NCBI GenBank assembly: GCA_963845085.1
Contig: CAWJQI010000001.1
Span: 224,001 to 288,000, forward strand
Length of the DNA: 64,000 bases
Source of the DNA: Candidatus Fermentibacterota bacterium
Lineage (GTDB): Bacteria > Fermentibacterota > Fermentibacteria > Fermentibacterales > JCC-6
Reading direction: 5' to 3'
The notes under the pieces were generated by a model. That model saw only the letters and a program-made list of their open reading frames with translations. It was not told the origin of the DNA and did no database searches. A program made the translations under genes and the position numbers. Positions 53,264-62,578 of the stretch are shown here, piece by piece; position 1 is the stretch's first letter; each line of letters starts with the position of its first letter.

Positions 53264-55666
53264 ATGAAACTTCTCATAGTCGGAGGGGTCGCAGGCGGTG
53301 CAAGCGCCGCCGCAAGGGCCAGAAGGCTCGATGAGAACGCCGAGATAACGGTCTTTGAGCGGGGGGACTACATCAGTTTCGCCAACTGCGGGCTCCCCTA
53401 CCACATCGGAGGGGCAATCCCCTCCCGGGAAAGCCTTCTCCTCATGACTCCCGAGAAGTTTCTGAAAAGGTTCAACGTAAACTTCCGCACCGGGCATTCC
53501 GTCACCTCGATCAACCCGGAAAAACGCACGATAACCGTCCACGACACCGGAAGGGGCGTTGTAACCGAGGAAGGCTACGACTCGCTGATCCTCTCCCCGG
53601 GCTCCACCCCCCTCGTGCCGCCGATCCCCGGCGCCGACAACCCCGATGTGCTCGTCCTCTGGACAGTGCCCGACATGGATGCCATCATGGAGCGGATATG
53701 GGACGGCGCAACCCGGGCGGTCGTGGTGGGCGGCGGTTTCATTGGCGTTGAAACCGCAGAGAACCTTGTCGCCGCCGGACTCGAGACCACACTGGTGGAG
53801 AAGGAACCCTGGATACTCCCCTTCCTCGATCCCGAAATGACCACACCCCTTGTCCGTGCGCTTTCCGAGGGCGGTGTGCGCCTCCTCGCCGGGTCAACGG
53901 TCGAGGGGATAGAGAAGACACCGGACGGCCTGAGGGTGCTGGTGCAGGGGGCTGCGCCCATCCCGGCGGACTTCGTGGTAATGGCAGCCGGTGTCAGGCC
54001 CAACGGCGCTCTCGCAAAGAACGCAGGCCTTTCCACGGCAGCGAACGGGGCAATCCTCGTTGATGAGCACATGCGCACAAGCGACCCGCACATCTATGCC
54101 GTCGGCGACGCGGTTCAGACCGTGCATCCGATCCTCGGGGACAGGCTTACGATTCCCCTTGCCGGTCCGGCGAACCGACAGGGCCGCATTGCCGCCGAGA
54201 ACGCCCTGGGGGGAAACGTGAAATGCCCGGGAACCCTGGGCGCCTCCATCGTGAAGGTCTTCAACATCACGGCGGCATCGGCGGGCGCCTCGGAAGCCCA
54301 GCTCGCACGCAGGGCAATCCCCTTTGAAAAGATCTACCTGCACCCCTCCTCCCATGCTTCGTACTACCCGGGTTCGGCCAAGATCAACATGAAGCTGGTA
54401 ATGAGCCCCGGGGGCGTTGTCCTCGGAGCCCAGGCCGTGGGGGAGGACGGCGTTGACAAAAGGATCGACGTCCTCGCAACCGCGATACGCAAGGGGCTTT
54501 CAGTCCGTGACCTGACCGAACTCGAGCTCTGCTACGCCCCGCCGTACGGCAGCGCCAAGGATCCCGTCAACTATGCCGGCTATATCGGCTGCAATATCCT
54601 CGACGGGCTCTCAAGGCAGGTTCATGTGCATGACATACCGCCCGACGCCTTCCTTCTCGATGTGAGGGAATCAGAGGAGTGGGAGCTCGGATCGATCCCG
54701 GGCAGCACACACATCCCCCTCGACTCGCTTCGCCACAGGCTTGGCGAGATCCCACTGGACAGACCCGTCGTGGTCTTCTGCGCCCAGGGACAGAGGGCCT
54801 ACTCGGCGGAAAGAATGCTGAGGCAGAAGGGTTACGACGTGAAGAACCTTTCGGGAGGCTTCACAACCTGGAGCATGTTCCACCCCCCATCGCAAAGGGT
54901 TGCCGGGGCAGCGAGGCAGACCGCTGCGGCACCGGCCGTTGAGGCCGATGCGGTTGTCGATGCATCCGGGCTCCAGTGCCCGGGGCCGATCGTGCAGGTT
55001 GCAAGGGCGATGAAGGAACTCGCACCCGGAAAGGTCCTGAAGGCGGTCGCAACCGACCGCGGTTTCAGAAGCGATCTCCCGGCCTGGTGCGGTTCAACCG
55101 GCAACACACTTCTTTCGATGACAGAAGAAAAGGGTGTCTTCACCGCCCTGGTGAGGAGGGGGGGAACCGAAGCACCCAGGAAGACTGAGGAACCGAACAA
55201 ACGAACCACCATGGTCCTGTTTTCCGGCGACATGGACAAAAACCTCGCGGCGCTGATCATCGCAACCGGCTTCGCAAGCCTCGGGCACAAGGTCACGGTG
55301 TTCTGCACTTTCTGGGGGCTCTCCATCCTCAGAAAGCAGAACCCTCCAAAACTGCGCAAGACCCTTCTTGAAAAGATGTTCGGCATGATGCTGCCCAGGG
55401 GGGCGAAACGACTCGCCCTCTCCAAGCTTCACATGATGGGCGCCGGAACGGCCATGATGAGGCACGTCATGAGGTCGAAGGGGGTCGACTCACTCCCGGT
55501 CATGCTCTCAAGGGCAATGGAAATGGGTGTTGTCTTCCAGGCCTGCGAGATGTCCATGGGCGTGATGGGCATCGCGAAGGAAGAGCTTCTGGACGGAGTT
55601 GAAACCGCAGGAGTCGGCACGTTCGCCTCGCTGGCCGAGAAGAGCGCGGCGACGCTGTTCATCTAG
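53264..55666 (+). CDS. CoA-disulfide/persulfide reductase fused to rhodanese, TusA and DsrE domains
   Basis: GGVAGGAS, SFANCGLPY, rhodanese FCAQGQR, TusA DASGLQCPGP, DsrE FSGDMDK...TFWGL...ACEMSM. Confidence 0.92.
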   Translation: MKLLIVGGVAGGASAAARARRLDENAEITVFERGDYISFANCGLPYHIGGAIPSRESLLLMTPEKFLKRFNVNFRTGHSVTSINPEKRTITVHDTGRGVVTEEGYDSLILSPGSTPLVPPIPGADNPDVLVLWTVPDMDAIMERIWDGATRAVVVGGGFIGVETAENLVAAGLETTLVEKEPWILPFLDPEMTTPLVRALSEGGVRLLAGSTVEGIEKTPDGLRVLVQGAAPIPADFVVMAAGVRPNGALAKNAGLSTAANGAILVDEHMRTSDPHIYAVGDAVQTVHPILGDRLTIPLAGPANRQGRIAAENALGGNVKCPGTLGASIVKVFNITAASAGASEAQLARRAIPFEKIYLHPSSHASYYPGSAKINMKLVMSPGGVVLGAQAVGEDGVDKRIDVLATAIRKGLSVRDLTELELCYAPPYGSAKDPVNYAGYIGCNILDGLSRQVHVHDIPPDAFLLDVRESEEWELGSIPGSTHIPLDSLRHRLGEIPLDRPVVVFCAQGQRAYSAERMLRQKGYDVKNLSGGFTTWSMFHPPSQRVAGAARQTAAAPAVEADAVVDASGLQCPGPIVQVARAMKELAPGKVLKAVATDRGFRSDLPAWCGSTGNTLLSMTEEKGVFTALVRRGGTEAPRKTEEPNKRTTMVLFSGDMDKNLAALIIATGFASLGHKVTVFCTFWGLSILRKQNPPKLRKTLLEKMFGMMLPRGAKRLALSKLHMMGAGTAMMRHVMRSKGVDSLPVMLSRAMEMGVVFQACEMSMGVMGIAKEELLDGVETAGVGTFASLAEKSAATLFI

Positions 55667-55670
55667 GGGG

Positions 55671-56237
55671 CTAGAGAAGGGCCTGCTTCTCGCCTTTTTC
55701 AAGCAGCAATGCCACTTTGGCCGCACGGGTCCTGCGGGTGTCAGGCTTTCTGGCCACCGCCACGAAATCCATGTACCTTTTCCTGTATGACGGGGCGAGT
55801 TCAGCGAAAAAGAGGGCGGCGCGCTCGTTCCCTTCGAGCGCCTCCTCCAGCTCGGAAGGCATCGTGAACTCCCTCGCGGGCTTTTCGTACCAGGTTCCGC
55901 GCTCCCTGGCGATCCGCACCTGCTCCATCCCGGCCTCGGTCATCAGCCCCCTGGCGATCAGGTCAACAGCCCGCTCGCGGTTGGCTTCGCTCCACTCGCT
56001 TCCGCGACGCCTTGGTGTGAACAGCCTGAGGTAGTGGCATTCGTCCTTCCGGGTGATCAGGCTGTCGATCCACCCGAAACAGATCGCCTCTTCCAGCGCA
56101 TCTTCATAGCTGACAAGCGAATTCGGGGCCCTGCGGAATTCGAGCCAAACCCCCGGGGACAATTCGTGGTTGTGCTCGAGCCAGGCCCGCCATTGAGCCC
56201 TGCTTAAAAGTGACAGTGTCTCCCGGTTTGCAGCCAT
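55671..56237 (-). CDS. YdeI/OmpD-associated family protein
   Basis: WRAWL, ALEEAICFGWIDS, FTPRR...WS, ARKPDTRRTR. Confidence 0.88.
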   Translation of the reverse strand: MAANRETLSLLSRAQWRAWLEHNHELSPGVWLEFRRAPNSLVSYEDALEEAICFGWIDSLITRKDECHYLRLFTPRRRGSEWSEANRERAVDLIARGLMTEAGMEQVRIARERGTWYEKPAREFTMPSELEEALEGNERAALFFAELAPSYRKRYMDFVAVARKPDTRRTRAAKVALLLEKGEKQALL

Positions 56238-56381
56238 GGCATAAAAACTCCATCAGCCGGGCCTCCCTGTCAAGTGCCTTCGAGCCGGGGGATTGACCCT
56301 CAGTTCCCCGGGGCGTAACTTCGCACCCATGGTGCCGTGCGTCCTTACCGCCACCCTTCCCCGAGGCCGGAGGGATCCCCG

Positions 56382-57389
56382 TTGTTTTCTGGCGAGTACC
56401 TTGCCGGGCTTGTCTCATCGCTGGACATCGTTGGCCAGATGGGGCTGCTCGTTCTTCTCGGATTCCTGATCGTTCGAAGGCGCTGGATATCCTCCGGCAC
56501 CCTGTCCGATCTTACGCGGGTGCTCATCGACCTTGTCATTCCATGCGCCTTCATCCTGGCCATGACACGGTCCTTCACGTTCGACCTTTTCCGCCAGGCA
56601 ATGGTTCTTGCGATAGTTGTTGCCGCATGGATCACACTCACGTGGGTGTTCGGAACATCGTGGTTCCGGCTTTTCCGGGGCGGCACCGCCACGGGGGACC
56701 GATCCGTGACAGCGATGATGATGATATCGAACTCCATCTACCTTCCGCTGCCAGTCATCCTCGCGGTAACCCCCGAACCCCTTCGGGACACGGCCGTGGT
56801 CTACGTCTCAATCGCCGCCCTGCCTTCCATTGCCATAATGTGGACCGCGGGCGTGCTCCTTCTCAGCGGCGCCGAACGGCCATCCACGGGGGAGCGCCTC
56901 AGGCTCATGCTGAATGCGCCCATACTCTCCCTTGTCGCCGGAATCCTTCTAACCCTTGTCCCGGGGGTTCGCGAAGCGGCGCGTGCCGAACCCGGAGCCT
57001 TCATCCCCCTCGGAATGCTGTTCTCCGTGATGAACTACCTCAGCCAGATGCTCACGCCTCTTGCAATGCTGATTCTCGGCGGGATGATCGCCTCGGGCAG
57101 CGGGACGGGCCATGCGGGCCTCAGGTATGCGATCCCGCTGATCGGGGTCAGGCTGCTGCTGGTTCCGGGAATAGTCTGTATTCTGCTCCGGTCGGGGCTT
57201 CTTGATCTGCCTTCCCTTGCGGGCACTGTCCTGTTGCTTGTGGCGGCTGCGCCGCCGGCCACGAACCATTCTCTGATTGCGCTTCGGTATCACGGGGAAT
57301 GGAACCTGGTGGCCAGGCTTCAGCTCATCGCACATGCCGCCGCCCTGATCACGCTGCCCATCTGGCTCAGCATAGGTCTGGCTTCATAG
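56382..57389 (+). CDS. AEC (auxin efflux carrier) family transporter
   Basis: About 10 TMs, SNSIYLPLP, PLAMLILG, AAPPA, ITLPIW; TTG start after GGAGGG. Confidence 0.85.
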   Translation: MFSGEYLAGLVSSLDIVGQMGLLVLLGFLIVRRRWISSGTLSDLTRVLIDLVIPCAFILAMTRSFTFDLFRQAMVLAIVVAAWITLTWVFGTSWFRLFRGGTATGDRSVTAMMMISNSIYLPLPVILAVTPEPLRDTAVVYVSIAALPSIAIMWTAGVLLLSGAERPSTGERLRLMLNAPILSLVAGILLTLVPGVREAARAEPGAFIPLGMLFSVMNYLSQMLTPLAMLILGGMIASGSGTGHAGLRYAIPLIGVRLLLVPGIVCILLRSGLLDLPSLAGTVLLLVAAAPPATNHSLIALRYHGEWNLVARLQLIAHAAALITLPIWLSIGLAS

Positions 57390-57412
57390 AGAAGGGGCCG
57401 CGCCCCACGGGC
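57361..57412 (+). repeat. Direct repeat copy 1 (AEC 3' end plus half terminator)
   Basis: 52 bp matching 59329-59380 with one mismatch. Confidence 0.92.
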
Positions 57413-57486
57413 GACAACTGAAACCTGCAGGCGATGACGGAGAGGGAGTTGCGGGGATCGATCAGAGTGAAGGATACCGGAATGTG

Positions 57487-59172
57487 CTACCTGATCAGCA
57501 CAACTCGTGTTGTTGCGGTCGAAGCCCCGGCCTGCAGCCGGCAGAAGTAGATTCCGGGCGGGAGATGGGAACCATCGAATACCACCGCGTGGGCCCCTGC
57601 CGTCATACTGCCCTCGGCGAGGACCCTGATCGTGCGGCCCGACAGATCGAAGACCCTCATCTCGACATCTGCCGGCGCCGGCAGATCGAAGATGAGCGTC
57701 GAGACGGAAACACATGGGTTCGGAGAAGCCAGCATGAGGATTCCTGGGCCGGGTAGCGCAGGTTCTTCGTCAATACCGACCCAACCGCCCGCCCCGCAGC
57801 CGCCGTAGGCACCCATGTCGTTCCGCAGGAGCCCCAGAGCAGGCCAGAGGGCATAGCCTGGATTAGCGGGATCCTCGGGATCGTTGAAGGCTGGTCCCGG
57901 ATCCCCCGAATCGATACACGGCGAAGGTGCTTCGGGGTCGAGGTACCGTTCATCCGGGAAATTCGGATCGAAGCATGGATCAAGGTCGATGTTCCCGTCG
58001 CTCCAGTAGAGTTGTGAACCTGATCCGACGGTAACCCCTGCCTCGCCGCCCCCGATATCCGAGTAGCCAACCGTGAGAGTGGAACCGGATTGGAGGAGTA
58101 TGCCCGATTCCTGGGGGAAGTCTTCATTCCACAGGATGCAGTTCCTGATGGATGCCTGGCTGCCCTCCAGCAGAACCCCTATGGCGCCCCCCCCCTCGTT
58201 GTCAGAGATGGTGTTGTTGAAGATGTCGATTGTCGTGCTGTTGAGAAGGGAGATTGCTCCGCCCTGATTGTTGCAGATGAGGTTGTTGCGGATCGAGTGG
58301 CCGGAAGCAGTGTGAACATATATGCCCCCTCCTTCCGCATTGCAGATGTTCTGGCTGATGATATTGAGCTCGATCACGCATCCGGTCTGGTTTCCAAGGT
58401 TGACAGTCCCATAGGCTGCCCAGTTTCCTTCGAACAGGTTCGATGCGACCAGGATTTCACAACCTGCGTCCAAATACAGTCCACCGCCGAAGGCGGCGCC
58501 GTTCCCTGTGAATGTGTTTCCGATAACCTCGCCAGTGCAGCCTTCGAGGTGGATGCCGCCTCCACTCGATCCTGTTGCGGCGGAGGAAGCGTAGTTACCC
58601 TCGAAGATGTTGCCCTCGACGGATACATTCGAGCAGGCAGACAGGTAGATGCCTCCGCCCCTGCGCGTCGAATACACACCGGATGAAGAGATCGAGTTGC
58701 TTTGCAAATGGTTGTCATGGATGACCGGTGAACCACCCCACGCATGAATGCCGCCACCCGTTACGGTGGAGCTTGACCAGACATGGTTGCTGTGGATAAA
58801 GTTGCTGACAATGGATGGAGAGGTGTTGGCGCACATCACGCCTCCGCCCGCTCCGCCCGTGCCGGTCCCGTTGATGATCGTGAAGCCTTCGATCCGGGCA
58901 GTCGAATCCTGGCCGCCAGCAATGGTCACAACACTGCCCGAACCAGTGCCGCATATAACGACTCCCGAGTCGGACCAGTCATCGCTTGTCAGTACAATAT
59001 TCCTGTCGAGGAAATCGATGTTTTCGACGTAGAAGCCCTGCATCACGAGAACTGTGTCACCGTCTGCGGAGGCGCCGATCGCCTGCTGAATGTGGGGATA
59101 GTCATCCGGAACGACGAGAGTGGCAGCCATCAACGTGGATGCGACAAGCAGGCATGCAGCGAAGAATTTCAC
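57487..59172 (-). CDS. Secreted right-handed beta-helix protein with T9SS type A sorting domain
   Basis: Signal peptide, VPDDYPHIQQAI, GGGI repeats, SPCIDSGDP, C-terminal SPNP...VFDLSGR...GIYFCRL...VVLIR. Confidence 0.88.
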   Translation of the reverse strand: MKFFAACLLVASTLMAATLVVPDDYPHIQQAIGASADGDTVLVMQGFYVENIDFLDRNIVLTSDDWSDSGVVICGTGSGSVVTIAGGQDSTARIEGFTIINGTGTGGAGGGVMCANTSPSIVSNFIHSNHVWSSSTVTGGGIHAWGGSPVIHDNHLQSNSISSSGVYSTRRGGGIYLSACSNVSVEGNIFEGNYASSAATGSSGGGIHLEGCTGEVIGNTFTGNGAAFGGGLYLDAGCEILVASNLFEGNWAAYGTVNLGNQTGCVIELNIISQNICNAEGGGIYVHTASGHSIRNNLICNNQGGAISLLNSTTIDIFNNTISDNEGGGAIGVLLEGSQASIRNCILWNEDFPQESGILLQSGSTLTVGYSDIGGGEAGVTVGSGSQLYWSDGNIDLDPCFDPNFPDERYLDPEAPSPCIDSGDPGPAFNDPEDPANPGYALWPALGLLRNDMGAYGGCGAGGWVGIDEEPALPGPGILMLASPNPCVSVSTLIFDLPAPADVEMRVFDLSGRTIRVLAEGSMTAGAHAVVFDGSHLPPGIYFCRLQAGASTATTRVVLIR

Positions 59173-59328
59173 GGCAACCTCCAGAGTTTTAATCCCAACG
59201 CATTAAATGCATACTTACATTACGGATCAGCGTCAATACCGGAAGTTGCTTTCGAGATGTGAGCCCGGCGGTGGCAGGAAACCGACCAATCTACCATTAT
59301 GTTTTCGAGGTATCGTCACCCCTGCCCC

Positions 59329-59380
59329 TCTGGCTCAGCATTGGTCTGGCTTCATAGAGAAGGGGCCGCGCCCCACGGGC
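59329..59380 (+). repeat. Direct repeat copy 2
   Basis: Second copy of 57361-57412; continues into the complete hairpin. Confidence 0.92.
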
Positions 59381-59391
59381 ACGGCCCCTTC
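59359..59391. terminator. GC hairpin between convergent transcription units
   Basis: GAAGGGGCCG-CGCCC-CAC-GGGCA-CGGCCCCTTC inverted repeat. Confidence 0.7.
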
Positions 59392-59405
59392 GAACATCGC
59401 TTTCG

Positions 59406-60620
59406 CTACCAGGGCCAGGGAATGCGTTTTCTGAGGCTGACCTCGACCTCTTCGCGGTTCCAGTCCGTGGGGCGGACCACCTTCTCGTCCGGCACCACCA
59501 GGCTGCCAACGTAGCTCGCGTCCTCGTAGACCCTGGTGATCTGTTCGGCTATCTGACGAATGTCGTCGGCCGTCGCAACGCCGTTGTCCGTCGCCTTGTA
59601 GAACTGAACCGTCACCCTTATCGGGAACCTGTCGTCGCGGATGAGCCGGTTCCCGTCTATCTCGCGGAACGGACCCTCGAGCTCGCCGTGACCCACCACA
59701 GCGGCCTCGACCGTGCTGCGCCCCATGCCGCCCGCTCCAGAGGGAGCCGCGCAGCTCTCGGTGCAGGCCGCCTCGAACCAGAGGTTTGGCCTTTCCCTCT
59801 GCCGAAGAGGGATCTGGATGAGGAGCACCATGTTCAGCCCCTCCTCACCCGCCGCCGACAGGCCCTCTGCGTTGCCGTCGCCGCCCGACTCGACAAAATC
59901 GCTCAGCCGGGTCCCGGTGAAGCTCGCCCTCTGACCGTCCGCGTTGTAGAACAACTGCTGACCCCAGCCGTACGAACCCTCCGGGTAGTACTCGCTCGAA
60001 TTGTCTATGATGGTCGCACTTGTCCCCTCACGGGTAGCCACTATCGCAAGCACACCGGGATCACCCTCGTACGACTGGTAGTTGTAAAGAACCGGATTGA
60101 AGATCGCCTCGCCGTCGTCGGGTATCGGAAGGAACACCGCCTGTGCGCTCACAAGCACCACGCTGTCACGAGGGGCCCACAGTCCGCGGGTACGGCCCGG
60201 CCAGTCCGAAGGGTCGTGAAGGTAGTCGCGAAGCCCCCAGACGTAGTCGCTCAGACTGACCGGCGTGAGATCACCCTCGCCGCTCTCGTTGCCGACAAGA
60301 AGGTAGAACTCCTCGGGATCAATGTCGGCCGATATGTCGTGAAAGTTCGGGTAGCGGATCACAGGCATCGCTGTGCAGTGCCTCTCCCGATCGCTCCCGT
60401 GCTGAACCTGTATGGTCAGGTCGGAGATGTTCGGCCCCCAGCAGGAACCGGCGTACCTGCCGGTGTCCTCCCACGTAACGTTCACCACGTTCAGCCCGTA
60501 CTGCTCGCAGATCCGGCTGACGTCGCCGTCCCAGGTCATCTCCGAAACCCTCTGAACGACCGACTCGTAATCGGAAGGACCCTTCAGGGCCGCGATCAAC
60601 AGAAGAAACATGTATGTCAC
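59406..60620 (-). CDS. Hypothetical exported protein
   Basis: 404-aa ORF, AAGGAG RBS, hydrophobic N-terminus, motif VTWEDTGRYAGSCWGPNISD. Confidence 0.7.
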   Translation of the reverse strand: MTYMFLLLIAALKGPSDYESVVQRVSEMTWDGDVSRICEQYGLNVVNVTWEDTGRYAGSCWGPNISDLTIQVQHGSDRERHCTAMPVIRYPNFHDISADIDPEEFYLLVGNESGEGDLTPVSLSDYVWGLRDYLHDPSDWPGRTRGLWAPRDSVVLVSAQAVFLPIPDDGEAIFNPVLYNYQSYEGDPGVLAIVATREGTSATIIDNSSEYYPEGSYGWGQQLFYNADGQRASFTGTRLSDFVESGGDGNAEGLSAAGEEGLNMVLLIQIPLRQRERPNLWFEAACTESCAAPSGAGGMGRSTVEAAVVGHGELEGPFREIDGNRLIRDDRFPIRVTVQFYKATDNGVATADDIRQIAEQITRVYEDASYVGSLVVPDEKVVRPTDWNREEVEVSLRKRIPWPW

Positions 60621-60698
60621 CTTCGAACTCCTTTCATGTGAACAAACCAGATACGGCGCATCGGACCGGTCTATTCCATCGGGAGTTCAAGCCGGCCC

Positions 60699-61451
60699 TC
60701 AGTCCAGCAGGGCGGCCCCCAGGGCTCCCGTGATCCGGGGTTCGGGCGGGATGAGCAGCACGAGCCCGGTCTCGTGCTCGACGGCCCTCACCACTCCCGG
60801 GTTCCGGGCCACTCCTCCCGTGAAAACCAGCGGGGCCTTGAGACCCGTGCCGCCGGCCATGCCCACGGTTCTCGCGGCAACTGACCTGAAAACCCCCCGG
60901 AGGATCTTCTCCTTCGGAACGCCGCCCTGCAGAAGGCCAATGATCTCACTTTCGGCGAAGACCGCGCACATCGTGCTGATCTCCACGCAATCGTCACCGC
61001 CGCGCGTGGCTTCGTCCATCTCCGCGAGCGGGATACCGATGATGTCTCCGGCCATTTCAATGAAACGACCAGTGCCGGCCGCGCACCTGTCGTTCATCGA
61101 GAAGTCCATCGGCTTGCCGTTCTCGAGGCGGATGATTTTGGAATCCTGCCCCCCGATGTCAATTATACTCACGGCATCGGGAAATATTTGGCTGACGCCT
61201 CTGGCGTGGCAGATTATCTCGCTGCAGGTTCGCGTGGCATGGGGAAAGTAGTTCCGGCCATACCCGGTCGCCACTATCGATTCAAGGTCGCCGATGCAAA
61301 GGCCGTTCCTGCCGGTGATCTGCATGAAGAGCTCCACGGCGTTCCCGCGGGGGTCCCTCAGGCTGTCCCCGATGATCATGTCAACGATCGAAGCACCATC
61401 GTGAAGAACAACCTCAACGCTTCTGGCGCCGATGTCGACACCGCACCTCAT
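60699..61451 (-). CDS. ASKHA [4Fe-4S] ATPase activator (HgdC/BadF/DCCP-R type)
   Basis: GVDIG, ATGYGR, DIGGQDSK, MNDRCAAGTGRF, STMCAVFAESE, TGGVARN. Confidence 0.92.
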   Translation of the reverse strand: MRCGVDIGARSVEVVLHDGASIVDMIIGDSLRDPRGNAVELFMQITGRNGLCIGDLESIVATGYGRNYFPHATRTCSEIICHARGVSQIFPDAVSIIDIGGQDSKIIRLENGKPMDFSMNDRCAAGTGRFIEMAGDIIGIPLAEMDEATRGGDDCVEISTMCAVFAESEIIGLLQGGVPKEKILRGVFRSVAARTVGMAGGTGLKAPLVFTGGVARNPGVVRAVEHETGLVLLIPPEPRITGALGAALLD

Positions 61452-62578
61452 CGGGCCATCTCCAGGAGTGTCTGAACCCGTACCATGATCTGCTCCCTGT
61501 CACCCGGGCTGTAGTCCGTTTCCACCTTGAGGTAGGGAAGGTTCAGCTTCTTCCGCACGAACTCCCCGACCTGGTACGATTCCACGTTGTACGTGTGGCA
61601 TGCCTGCCAGACGAGGTCGACGACCGCGTCGGCCCTGAACCTTGCGGCAAGGCTCTCGAGAAGATCCAGCCTGCCCGTGTTCGGGGTCATGCAGCTGCAG
61701 GGGATCCTGAAGTGCTTTTCCGCGATGGCCGTGAGGGGATCGTTCTCCTCGCTCACGGGATCGAGGGGCTTTATGCCGCTGCATGTCTCCTGGACAACGA
61801 CAACGCCGCCGGCCTCCTCGATTATCTCCACCAGTTTCAGCGTGCCCTCGCTCATGGGGCAGCCGGTGACGAGAACCCTCGGAGCGTTTTCCCGGGCCGT
61901 GAACTTGCCCTCGGCCTTCCGCTGCTGCAGCACTTCGATGAGCTCGCGAAGCTTCTGAAGGTGGCCGGGCATGCCGGAAACCCTGTAGCGGAGCCTCCCG
62001 AGCTCAACACCGCTGATCACCGGTCTAGGTTCGGCGCCGAACTCCATCACGGTCCGGAGAAGCTCCCTCTCGATGTTCATCCTTCTGATGGCCTCACGCA
62101 TCGCATCTTCGGTGATCGGGGCGTCGTAGAGCTGCTCGAGCCTGGCCTTGAGCTTCTTCACCTCGAGAAGCCAGTGTTCCCACGCATCGGCCTCCCGGAC
62201 TTTCTGGGTCAGTTCAAGGATGTGCTGCGGCTTTCTGTCGCTGATGAGCTCCCACACCTTTTTCTTGCCGTCGCATGTGGTCTCGGCTACGATCATGTCG
62301 GCCATGCTGAAGAAGGGGCAGCCGTTGGTGAGGATGTAGCCTATCGACGACTTAATGAGGGGGCAGAGGTTGGCCGGAAGGACCGTTTCCGCAGGCGGTA
62401 TGGTCTTTCGGCTCGATCCGCAGAGGCAGACCGGGTACGCTCCCGCGGCGAGGATCAGGTCGCGAGGGGTGAACTCGCAATAGATTCCCACCACACCGCG
62501 GCCCCTGCGCTTCTCGTTCCTTGCGAAATCTATCTCCGCCCCGACGGAGTTCTGAAAGTACTCAAAGGGGTTGGTCAT
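61448..62578 (-). CDS. Double-cubane-cluster protein / 2-hydroxyacyl-CoA dehydratase D-family reductase
   Basis: YCEF, LCG, NLCPLIKS, CPFF, TTCDGKKK, ETCSG, PCSCMTPN, QACHTYNVE, QIMVRVQTLLE. Confidence 0.85.
   Translation of the reverse strand: MTNPFEYFQNSVGAEIDFARNEKRRGRGVVGIYCEFTPRDLILAAGAYPVCLCGSSRKTIPPAETVLPANLCPLIKSSIGYILTNGCPFFSMADMIVAETTCDGKKKVWELISDRKPQHILELTQKVREADAWEHWLLEVKKLKARLEQLYDAPITEDAMREAIRRMNIERELLRTVMEFGAEPRPVISGVELGRLRYRVSGMPGHLQKLRELIEVLQQRKAEGKFTARENAPRVLVTGCPMSEGTLKLVEIIEEAGGVVVVQETCSGIKPLDPVSEENDPLTAIAEKHFRIPCSCMTPNTGRLDLLESLAARFRADAVVDLVWQACHTYNVESYQVGEFVRKKLNLPYLKVETDYSPGDREQIMVRVQTLLEMAR

Noticed and set aside
59278..59308. Possible dif/Xer site (…CCAA TCTACCA TTATGTTTTCG) next to the cassette boundary
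   Set aside because: Only TTATGT resembles the XerD arm; the spacer is 7 bp and the XerC arm is poor.
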